From contig CALMGC010000235.1 in the NCBI GenBank assembly GCA_937863505.1, positions 1 to 39,499 of the forward strand: a stretch of DNA of 39,499 nt, in the 5' to 3' direction. Position 1 is the stretch's first letter. The number at the start of each line of letters is the position of its first letter. Below are positions 31,630 to 39,499 of this stretch, in pieces. The translations under genes and the position numbers were made by a program. Under the pieces are notes generated by a model that made no database searches, was not told the origin of the DNA, and saw nothing but the letters and a program-made list of their open reading frames with translations. This stretch comes from an uncultured Sphingomonadales bacterium (GTDB lineage Bacteria; Pseudomonadota; Alphaproteobacteria; Sphingomonadales; Sphingomonadaceae).

Positions 31630-32551
31630 GCCGGAAGCCGCGCACCAGCAGCCCGCGCCGGATCAGCGCCTCGAACGTCGCGCCGTCATGTCCCGGCACG
31701 ATCGTCAGCGCCGGTGTTTCGGTCACCAGCCGGTGCATCGCCATCGTCTGGAGCATCACCGCGCGCCGGTCGTCGGCGTGGTTGCCCAGATAGCTGGTCA
31801 CGTAGCGGGACCGGATGCGCTGCAGGCGCACATTGTCGAGCATCGAAGCGGCGTCGCCCGCGAACAGGAATTCGTGCCCATCCGCGCGCCGTACATAGAC
31901 CAACTGTGATCCCGGCGTATGCCCGGGCGCATGGACCAGCACAACGCCCGGCGCGACGGCGTACAGGCCGCGGTAGACGAGCGGACGATAGCGCGCCCGC
32001 ACCGATGTCGGCCAGCGATACGGTTCCGAGCGACCGTCCGCGTCGACCTGCTCGGGCGTAAGTCGCGCTTTGGCGAGCAGGCGCGCGGCGTCGGGTGCCG
32101 CCATCAGCCCGCCGATATGGTCGGCATGCTCGTGCGTGACGACGATCGCGTCGGCCTCGTCCATCGCCCGGAGCAGCCGCGCCCAGCCGGCCGGGTCGTA
32201 GCAGCGCGCGCCCTTCTGCTGCGCAATCGCGAATGGGTTGGCGGTGTCGACGATCACCGACCGCCGCGGCCAGACCAACCGATAGCTCGCTCGCACGAGA
32301 TCGACAGTCTCCCAGTCGGTGCCCGCCACCATCGCGATGCGAGGAGCGTTGCTGTGCGACAGCTGCTCGATCTCGATCCGCAGGGGACCAGCGCCGACCG
32401 GCCCCGCCGCGGCGCGCAACGCCGCGAGGTCAAGCGGGAACTTGCCCTCCTTGGGCAGGAGGTTGTCGTAAAACAACCAGTACGCGGCAACGGCGAGCGC
32501 GATCGCGGCTATACCCAGCACCGCCGCAATGCCGCGTACCCACCCTCGCAT
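31556..32551 (-). CDS. Membrane-anchored MBL-fold metallo-hydrolase
   Basis: N-terminal TM, THEHADHIGG, PGHTPG, AGD and PGHD motifs. Confidence 0.92.
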   Translation of the reverse strand: MRGWVRGIAAVLGIAAIALAVAAYWLFYDNLLPKEGKFPLDLAALRAAAGPVGAGPLRIEIEQLSHSNAPRIAMVAGTDWETVDLVRASYRLVWPRRSVIVDTANPFAIAQQKGARCYDPAGWARLLRAMDEADAIVVTHEHADHIGGLMAAPDAARLLAKARLTPEQVDADGRSEPYRWPTSVRARYRPLVYRGLYAVAPGVVLVHAPGHTPGSQLVYVRRADGHEFLFAGDAASMLDNVRLQRIRSRYVTSYLGNHADDRRAVMLQTMAMHRLVTETPALTIVPGHDGATFEALIRRGLLVRGFRLTPPAPDQPRRSASSSAAPRLPAR

Positions 32552-32860
32552 GTTTGCCCCTTAGTCGACGCTGATGCGCAGCCTAAGCCGGGCGCGACGT
32601 TCCGCCAACCTGCGAACGCTCGCCGCTGTTCTACACGCCCGGGTTCTGTCAGGGTCATCACCGTGCCTACCCGCTCCCTCCTCCTCCGCATTCGTCGTGC
32701 AGCAGCCTCCATCGGGCGCACTCCCGCGACACCGTATCGTCACCTTTGTCACCTTCGCGCGCGTGAGACGCGACCGCGCCCCGATCGCTTGCCACGTCGC
32801 CGCCCGCCGCCTAGAGCGCGCGCCATCCGTTCATCACCACCCAGGAGCCCGTGACCAGCC

Positions 32861-33283
32861 ATGGCCGCGAACCGTACCTTTTCGATCATCAAGCCCGACG
32901 CGACACGCCGCAACCTGACCGGCGCGGTGACGAAGATGCTGGAGGAAGCGGGCCTGCGCGTGGTCGCATCCAAACGCATCCGGATGACGCGCGAACAGGC
33001 CGAGGGCTTCTACGGCGTCCATCGCGAGCGCGCGTTCTTCAACGACCTGGTCGAGTTCATGATCTCCGGCCCGGTGGTGGTGCAGGTGCTCGAGGGTGAG
33101 GATGCCGTACAGCGCAATCGGGACGTGATGGGCGCGACCAACCCCGCCAACGCCGCGCCGGGCACGATCCGCAAGGAGCTGGCCGAATCGATCGAGGCGA
33201 ACAGCGTCCACGGCTCCGACTCCGACGAGAACGCCGCGACGGAGATCGCGTTCTTCTTCTCGCCCCAAGAGATCGTCGGCTGA
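32861..33283 (+). CDS. ndk: Nucleoside diphosphate kinase
   Basis: [20 protein letters not shown] and NSVHGSDS motifs. Confidence 0.98.
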   Translation: MAANRTFSIIKPDATRRNLTGAVTKMLEEAGLRVVASKRIRMTREQAEGFYGVHRERAFFNDLVEFMISGPVVVQVLEGEDAVQRNRDVMGATNPANAAPGTIRKELAESIEANSVHGSDSDENAATEIAFFFSPQEIVG

Positions 33284-33285
33284 CG

Positions 33286-33804
33286 ATGACGTGGCGGCTG
33301 CGGCGGGCGGAGCCGGGCGACGCGCCCGCGCTCGCGCTGGTCGCGGGGGCCACGTTCTTCGAGACCTATCACGCGCTGATCGGGGTAGGCGATATTCTTG
33401 CACACGTCGCCGAGCGATGCACCGCCGAGACCTTCGCGCGTTGGATCGCCGATCCGGAAGCGTGGGTTAGCTACGCGGCGGCTGAGGCAACCGACAGCCC
33501 GATCGGCTTTGCGGTGCTGACCGCGCCCGACTTCGCGGTCGAGCTAGGCCCCGACGACATCGAGCTGCGCCGCATCTACACGCTGGCGACCGCGCACGGG
33601 CAGGGGGTCGGCCCCGCCCTCCTCGCCGCCGCACGCGACGAGGCGCGGGCGCGGGGCAAGCGGCGGATGCTGCTGGGTACTCACCCGGAGAACACGCGCG
33701 CGCAACGCTTCTACGAGCGCGAGGGCTTTAAGTTGGTCGGGCGACGGCGGTTTCAGGTGGGCGAGCGGGTGTTCGACGACCCCGTCTATGCACTGACGCT
33801 CTAA
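33286..33804 (+). CDS. GNAT family N-acetyltransferase
   Basis: ELRRIY...HGQGVG motif A and NTRAQRFYEREGF motif B. Confidence 0.92.
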   Translation: MTWRLRRAEPGDAPALALVAGATFFETYHALIGVGDILAHVAERCTAETFARWIADPEAWVSYAAAEATDSPIGFAVLTAPDFAVELGPDDIELRRIYTLATAHGQGVGPALLAAARDEARARGKRRMLLGTHPENTRAQRFYEREGFKLVGRRRFQVGERVFDDPVYALTL

Positions 33805-34388
33805 CCCTTCGGCTTCTCCGCCGCCCAGATCGCTTCTAGCCGCGAAGCGCTCCCGCCCCGCTCGCGCAGCACCAGCCCGTCGAGCCGCAGCGCACGGCCG
33901 CGCGCGAAGCGGCTCTTGGTCCGCCACGCCACGTCGTATATCGCCTGGTCGCGGCGATGCGTGTCCGCGTCCCACCACTCGGTGGTGAGGAGCACCGGCA
34001 CGCGGCCTCCATGCGCGTCGTCGCCCTTGCTCAGCGCGAGCAGCGGTTCGGCGATCCAGTCCGCCTCGATCCGGGGCTCGACCAGCAGGGCATGAGCCGC
34101 GGCACCGAGCGAGGCGGGGAAACGGACGTCTACCGTCGTGATCTTGTGGTCAGCGTCCGACAGCTTCAGCGTTCGCCCGCCATCCGCGACCGTGCCGTCG
34201 AGCAGCACCGCCCCCTGCGCCCGCGCGATCTCCGCCTTTTCCGCCGCCCGTTCCTGCTGATCGCTGCGCCGCTCGGACCAGTTGCTCCACAGCGACAGCG
34301 CGGCGATGACCAGTCCCGCAACACCGACCAATTCGGCTAGCGTCAGCCAACGCCGCCGTGTTCGGCGTTGCTCAGGTGTTTCGCTCAT
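33801..34388 (-). CDS. Hypothetical single-pass membrane protein
   Basis: RRRWLTLAELVGVAGLVIAALSLW TM; the ATG overlaps the upstream stop (ATGA). Confidence 0.8.
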   Translation of the reverse strand: MSETPEQRRTRRRWLTLAELVGVAGLVIAALSLWSNWSERRSDQQERAAEKAEIARAQGAVLLDGTVADGGRTLKLSDADHKITTVDVRFPASLGAAAHALLVEPRIEADWIAEPLLALSKGDDAHGGRVPVLLTTEWWDADTHRRDQAIYDVAWRTKSRFARGRALRLDGLVLRERGGSASRLEAIWAAEKPKG

Positions 34389-35315
34389 CGCCCGCCTGCC
34401 TCGAGCAACCGGCGGGGGGCGGCGAGTTCCCAGCTGCGCGCGATCTTCTCGTCGACATTCGCCCAATCGACGTCGCCCGCGAGGTTGACACCCACCCAGC
34501 CGCTTGGCCCCAGATAGGCCGGGCGCGAATAGGTTGCAGGGTCGAGGTCAATCAGCATCGCCTGCTCGTCCGCCCCGCCGGTACGAACGCAGACGACATA
34601 CAGCCCGTCGCCATGATGGTCGTCGCGGACCTGTGCAAACTGCTTGCCGGCGACGAAGAACGTCGGTTGACCGTGTGAAACGCGTTCCTCGGTTTCGGGC
34701 ATGGCGAGCGCGGTCTGGCGGACGCGGGTGCGCGGGTCGATCATGGTAAGGGCATAGTCGGCGAGGGCGCGCGGGTACAAGCGGTGCTCCTCCACCAGCA
34801 CTCGCGCGGCGAGCGTGTCAGGCGTATCGCTGGGCAGGATCGGCACCTCCGCCCGCCCAAGCACCTCGCCCGCGTCGAGTTCCTCTGAGACGATGTGGAC
34901 CGAGCAGCCTGCCACCGCATCTTCCGCGGCCAGCGCGCGCGTGAGTGTCGAGCCCCTTGTATTTTGGCAGCAATGAGGGGTGGATATTGAGGATACGCCC
35001 TCGCCACTGCGCGACGAACGCGGGGGAGAGCAGCCGCATGTAACCGGCAAGCGCGATCAGCTCGACGCTCGCCCCCCGCAGCGCCGTGTCGAGCGCGGCC
35101 TCGAACGCCGCCTTGCCGATCCCCTTGGGCGATAGTGCGAAGGTGGGTACGCCCATGTCGCGGGCGAGCGAAAGGCCGGGCGCGTCGGGCTTGTCGGAGG
35201 CGACCAGCGCGATGCGGTACGGGCAGTCCGCCTCACGCGCTGCCTCCGCCAGCACGACCATGTTCGACCCGCGTCCGGAAAGAAGGATACCAACCCGCAC
35301 CTTCCGGTCACGCAT
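34385..35315 (-). pseudogene. purN: Phosphoribosylglycinamide formyltransferase fused to an MmcQ/YjbR-like domain, frameshifted at ~34931-34941
   Basis: LSGRGSN, LAGYMR and NIHPSLLPKYKGLDTH in one frame; AGCSVH...LDAG...EHRLYP in another frame, which continues without a stop into EERVSHGQPTFFV...PAYLGPSGWVG. Confidence 0.85.
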
Positions 35316-36402
35316 TGAACCGCGCCACCCAGTCCTCCCGCGCGCTCCACGTCCCGGCACTTCCGCGCACCTCGCAGCCGCGCTCGCCCGCTTCGACCCG
35401 ACCGATACGGAATACTGTCTCACCCGCCTCGGTCAGCGCCACCGCGACCGCGTCTACGTCGTCCGCCCCAACTACGACCACCATGCCGATGCCGCAATTG
35501 AACGTCCGCGCCATCTCGTCCGGCTCGATCGCGCCCTGCGCCTGGAGGAACGCCATCAGCCGCGATTGCTCCCAAGCGTCCGCGTCGATCACCGCCCGAC
35601 ATCCGGCGGGCAGCACGCGGGGCACGTTCTCCAGCAGCCCGCCGCCGGTGATGTGCGCCAGCCCCTTGATCCGCCCCGCTCGCAGCAGCGGCAGCAGCGA
35701 GCGCACATAGATGCGGGTCGGCTCCATCAGCCAATCGATCAGTAGCCGGTCCTGGTCGAACAGCGCAGGCCGGTCCATCCGCCACCCGCGATCCGCCGCC
35801 AGCCGCCGCACGAGCGAGAAGCCGTTGGAATGTACCCCCGACGACGCCAGCCCAAGCAGCACATCACCCGCCGCGATCCGCTCGCCCGTCAGCAGCCGCT
35901 CGCGTTCGACCGCGCCGACGCAGAAGCCCGCGAGGTCGTAATCGCCCTCGGCGTACATGCCCGGCATCTCCGCCGTTTCGCCGCCGATCAGCGCGCAACC
36001 CGCCTGCTTGCACCCCTCGGCGATGCTCGCGACCACGCGCCAGGCTACACCCGGCTCCAGCTTGGCGCTGGCATAATAATCGAGAAAGAACAGCGGCTCC
36101 GCGCCCTGCACGAGAAGGTCGTTGGCGCACATCGCGACCAGGTCGATGCCGACGCCCTCATGCCGGTCATGTTCGATCGCGAGCTTCAGCTTGGTGCCGA
36201 CGCCGTCGTTCGCCGCCACCAGCAGCGGGTCGACGAACCCCGCCGCTTTGAGATCGAACACCCCGCCGAATCCGCCCAGCTCCGCATCCGCGCCGGGCCG
36301 CCGCGTGGCGCGCGCGAGCGGTGCGATGGCGCGGACCAGCGCATTGCCCGCCGCGATCGACACGCCTGCATCGGCATAGGTGTACCCGGCCTTGTCCGTC
36401 AT
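35308..36402 (-). CDS. purM: Phosphoribosylformylglycinamidine cyclo-ligase
   Basis: [39 protein letters not shown] and TFNCGIG motifs. Confidence 0.97.
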   Translation of the reverse strand: MTDKAGYTYADAGVSIAAGNALVRAIAPLARATRRPGADAELGGFGGVFDLKAAGFVDPLLVAANDGVGTKLKLAIEHDRHEGVGIDLVAMCANDLLVQGAEPLFFLDYYASAKLEPGVAWRVVASIAEGCKQAGCALIGGETAEMPGMYAEGDYDLAGFCVGAVERERLLTGERIAAGDVLLGLASSGVHSNGFSLVRRLAADRGWRMDRPALFDQDRLLIDWLMEPTRIYVRSLLPLLRAGRIKGLAHITGGGLLENVPRVLPAGCRAVIDADAWEQSRLMAFLQAQGAIEPDEMARTFNCGIGMVVVVGADDVDAVAVALTEAGETVFRIGRVEAGERGCEVRGSAGTWSAREDWVARFNA

Positions 36403-36464
36403 CCGCGCGGGCCTAGCCACATCGCGCTTGGATTTCCACCGCCGGACCGCCAAAAGGCCCCGCG

Positions 36465-37706
36465 ATGGCGTATCTCTTTTCCCGTCGGCTGCTGGCCGCG
36501 TCGGCCGCGGTCGCCCTGACCGCGGGCGCCGTATGGGCGCAGATCGAGGGCGGCGCGCGCGGCGTCGCTCCCGTCGACAGCGCGGGCAGCTATGAGGTGA
36601 GCGGTGTCGGCGTCGATGTCGCGGCCAAGAGTGCCGATGCGGCACGTTACGCGGGCTGGCGGTTGGCGCAGCGCAAGGCGTGGGTGCAGTTGTCGCAGCG
36701 GCTGGGCGGCGGCGGCGCGCTCGTGTCGGACGGCACGCTCGACTCGATCGTGTCGGGCATCGTCGTCGAGAACGAGCAGATCGGCCCGACGCGCTACATC
36801 GCCAAGCTCGGCGTGTTGTTCGACCGCGCGCGCGCGGGCTCGATCCTCGGCATCTCCACCTATGCCGAACGCTCGCCGCCGATGCTCGTCATCCCGGTGC
36901 TGTGGTCGGGCGGGGTGGGGCAGGTCTTCGAGCAGCGCACGCCCTGGCAGGAGGCGTGGGCGCGCTATCGGACCGGCAACAGCGCGATCGACTATATCCG
37001 CCCGTCCGGAACCGGACCCGACTCGCTGATCCTCAACGTCGGCCAGACCGAACGGCGTCCGCGCGCATGGTGGCGCGCGGTGATCAACCAATATGGCGCG
37101 CGCGACATTCTGATCCCGACCGTTCACCTCCACCGGCAATGGCCGGGCGGACCGGTGATCGGCGTGTTCGAGGCGCGGCACGGGCCGGACAACGACCTGC
37201 TGCAACGCTTCGCGCTTCGGGTGGGGAGCGCGGACGGTCTGCCGCGCCTGCTCGACGCGGGAGTGAAGCGGATGGACGACCTGTACCAGGAAGCGCTGCG
37301 GAGCGGCGCGCTGCGTCCGGACAAGGCGCTGTCGCCCCCGCCGACCGCCGCGGCTGCTTCTGACGCGACCGACGACACGCCCGACGACACGACCGATCAG
37401 ACCGTCGAACCGGGCGCGGTGACGAGCGTCAACATCCAGTATGAGAGCGCCAATGCGGGCGCGGTGTCCGCCACCGAGGCGCTGGTGCGCGGCATCCCGG
37501 GCGTCCGCTCCGCGGTGACGGACAGCCTCGCGCTCGGCGGCACGTCGGTGATGCGCGTCAGCTATGCGGGCGATGCCGATCAGCTCAAGGCGCAATTGCA
37601 GGCGCGCGGGTTGCAGGTGTTCGGCTCGGGCGCGCTGCTCCGCATCCGCCGCGCGCCGCAGCTGCTGCCGCCCGACCTCGCGCCCGATAACGCCATCGCG
37701 GGATGA
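36465..37706 (+). CDS. Uncharacterised exported protein (divergent from purM, upstream of hdaA)
   Basis: Signal peptide [19 protein letters not shown], acidic linker ([10 protein letters not shown]) and a C-terminal ferredoxin/HMA-like segment lacking CxxC; stop overlaps the hdaA start. Confidence 0.8.
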   Translation: MAYLFSRRLLAASAAVALTAGAVWAQIEGGARGVAPVDSAGSYEVSGVGVDVAAKSADAARYAGWRLAQRKAWVQLSQRLGGGGALVSDGTLDSIVSGIVVENEQIGPTRYIAKLGVLFDRARAGSILGISTYAERSPPMLVIPVLWSGGVGQVFEQRTPWQEAWARYRTGNSAIDYIRPSGTGPDSLILNVGQTERRPRAWWRAVINQYGARDILIPTVHLHRQWPGGPVIGVFEARHGPDNDLLQRFALRVGSADGLPRLLDAGVKRMDDLYQEALRSGALRPDKALSPPPTAAAASDATDDTPDDTTDQTVEPGAVTSVNIQYESANAGAVSATEALVRGIPGVRSAVTDSLALGGTSVMRVSYAGDADQLKAQLQARGLQVFGSGALLRIRRAPQLLPPDLAPDNAIAG

Positions 37707-38407
37707 GCGATCTCGCCGCCCTGCGGCAGGGCAGTCTGTTCGAGCTGGGGCTGGCGGGCGTGCCCGCGCCGCCGCCTGCGCCGGTGCTGGCTATGCCGGT
37801 GCAGATCGCGCTGCCGCTCGCCTGGCCCGCCGCGCCGCGCGACGATGAGTTCCTCGTCACGGCGTCGAACGAGAGCGCGGCGGCGCTGCTCGACCGCTGG
37901 CGCGACTGGCCGGTCAGCGCCGCACTGCTCACCGGCCCGCGCAAGTCCGGGCGCAGCCTGCTCGCGCGCATTTGGGCGGCGAAAAGCGGCGGCGCGCTGA
38001 TCGACGGGGCGGAGGCGATGCCGGAGGCGGAGCTGTTCCACGCCTGGAACCGCGCGCAGGCCGATGCGCGACCGATGTTGCTCATCGCCGATGCCGCGCC
38101 GCCTGCCTGGTCCATCAAGCTTCCCGACCTGCGCTCACGCCTCGCCGCCAGCCCGGTCGCGGCGATCGACGCGCCCGACGACGCGCTGATGCGCGCGCTG
38201 TTGGAGCGGCAGTTCCTGCGCCGGGGTGTCGACGCGCGCGCCGACCTTATCGACTGGCTCGTCGCCCGCGTCGAGCGGAGCCATCTCGCCTTGCTCCGCA
38301 CGGTGGACGCGCTCGACGAAGCGGCGTTGCAGGCGCACAAGCGTCTGTCGATCCCGCTTGCCCGCAACACCTTGCAAGCCGCGGCGTTGATCGGAGAGGA
38401 CCAATGA
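37703..38407 (+). CDS. hdaA: DnaA regulatory inactivator HdaA-like
   Basis: QIALPL clamp-type motif, FLVTASN, degenerate Walker A GPRKSGRS, LFHAWN, LPDLRSRL and RVERS; alternative start at 37793. Confidence 0.85.
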   Translation: MSDLAALRQGSLFELGLAGVPAPPPAPVLAMPVQIALPLAWPAAPRDDEFLVTASNESAAALLDRWRDWPVSAALLTGPRKSGRSLLARIWAAKSGGALIDGAEAMPEAELFHAWNRAQADARPMLLIADAAPPAWSIKLPDLRSRLAASPVAAIDAPDDALMRALLERQFLRRGVDARADLIDWLVARVERSHLALLRTVDALDEAALQAHKRLSIPLARNTLQAAALIGEDQ

Positions 38408-39499
38408 CCCGACCCGCGCACTTGGCCCGCCTTGACGCGGATGACGACCCCTTCGAAGGCGAGGGCGGCGAGGATCGTTACTTCAATCGCGAGCTGTCGT
38501 GGCTGGCGTTCAACCGCCGCGTGCTGGAGGAGGCGTGCAACCCCGCGCATCCGCTGCTCGAGCGCCTGCGCTTCCTGTCGATCTCCGGGTCCAACCTCGA
38601 CGAGTTCTTCATGGTCCGCGTCGCCGGGCTGAAGGGGCAGCAGTCGCAGGATGTCGAGCGCCGATCCGCCGACGGCCTGACACCGGGGCAGCAGCTATCC
38701 GCGATCACCGCCGAGACTCATGCGGTGATGGCGAGCCAGGAAAAGGTCTGGCGTGGGCTCGCGACCGATCTCGCCGCCGCCGGGGTGGAGGTGCTCGACG
38801 CCGACACGCTCGCCGACGACCCGTGGCGCGAGACGCATTTTCGCGAGCAGATCTTCCCGATCCTGACCCCGCAGGCGCTCGACCCCGCGCACCCGTTCCC
38901 GTTCATCCCCAATGCGGGGTCGGCGGTGCTGTTCGACCTCGTGCGCTTGTCGGACAGCGAGCTGGTGCGCGAGCTGGTGGTGCTCCCGCCGACGATTCGC
39001 CGCTTCGTCCGGCTCCCGGGTGAGCCCGCGCGCTATGTCGCGCTCGACACGGTGCTGAAGCGGTTCGCGCCCGTTCTCTTTCCCGGCTACACCGTGCGCG
39101 GCAGCGCGATGTTTCGGGTGCTGCGCGACAGCGATATCGAGATCGAGGAGGAAGCGGAGTACCTGGTCCGCTATTTCGCCAACGCGATCAAACGGCGGCG
39201 GCGCGGGCGACGCGTTGGCGGCGACGCTCCGCAACGATCTCGGCGCCCCCGAGACCTTGGTTACGGAGTCGGCGGCGTTTCTCGGCATTTCCGATCTGGC
39301 GCAGCTGGTCGAGGAGGACCGGCCCGACCTCAAATTCACGCCCTTCAGCCCCCGTTTCCCCGAGCGCATCCGCGAGTTCGGCGGCGACTGCTTTGCCGCG
39401 ATCCGCGCCAAGGACATCGTCGTCCAACACCCCTACGAGACGTTCGACGTCGTGCTCGCGTTTCTGAAACAGGCCGCCAATGACGCCGACGTGGTGGCG
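38404..39499 (+). pseudogene. ppk1: Polyphosphate kinase 1, frameshifted at ~39208 and truncated by the window edge
   Basis: YFNRELSWLAFN, NLDEFFMVRVAGL and DPAHPFPFI. After IKRRRRG, homology continues in another frame (DRPDLKF...PRFPERI...HPYETF). Confidence 0.88.

Noticed and set aside
37972-38403. N-terminal extension of the ppk1 ORF in the ORF track
   Set aside because: It overlaps hdaA in another frame; the ATG at 38404 has a GGAGAGG SD and an ATGA overlap.

Overview
GC-rich alphaproteobacterial chromosome segment, most consistent with a sphingomonad (inferred from gene order and REP-type repeats). It is mostly core housekeeping genes: a CckA-like hybrid kinase and a single-domain response regulator; ilvD, nnr and an rlmD-like methyltransferase; truA-fmt divergent from recR-VOC-def-rmuC; the chvI-chvG-hprK-rapZ-EIIA-HPr-trmH-ureohydrolase cluster; guaB-rsmB-TPR; lptD-surA-pdxA-rsmA divergent from pepA-holC; ndk; and purM-purN divergent from an exported protein, hdaA and ppk1. 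I saw no rRNA, tRNA, CRISPR array, integrase or transposase. The best candidate for a novel system is a low-GC, overlapping pair of unrecognised genes (cytoplasmic 234 aa plus lipoprotein) at 2773-3818, arranged like an effector/immunity pair. Other notable items: a membrane-protein gene bracketed by a duplicated holC 3' end; an exact alphaproteobacterial LexA box before rmuC; an apparent ATT start for trmH; a 42-aa bridging ORF over hairpins between guaB and rsmB; a PurN-YjbR fusion with a frameshift; a frameshifted ppk1; a double clamp-binding motif in HdaA; a minimal bactofilin-like protein; and a ureohydrolase with altered active-site residues. All family assignments come from motif recognition, not database searches.
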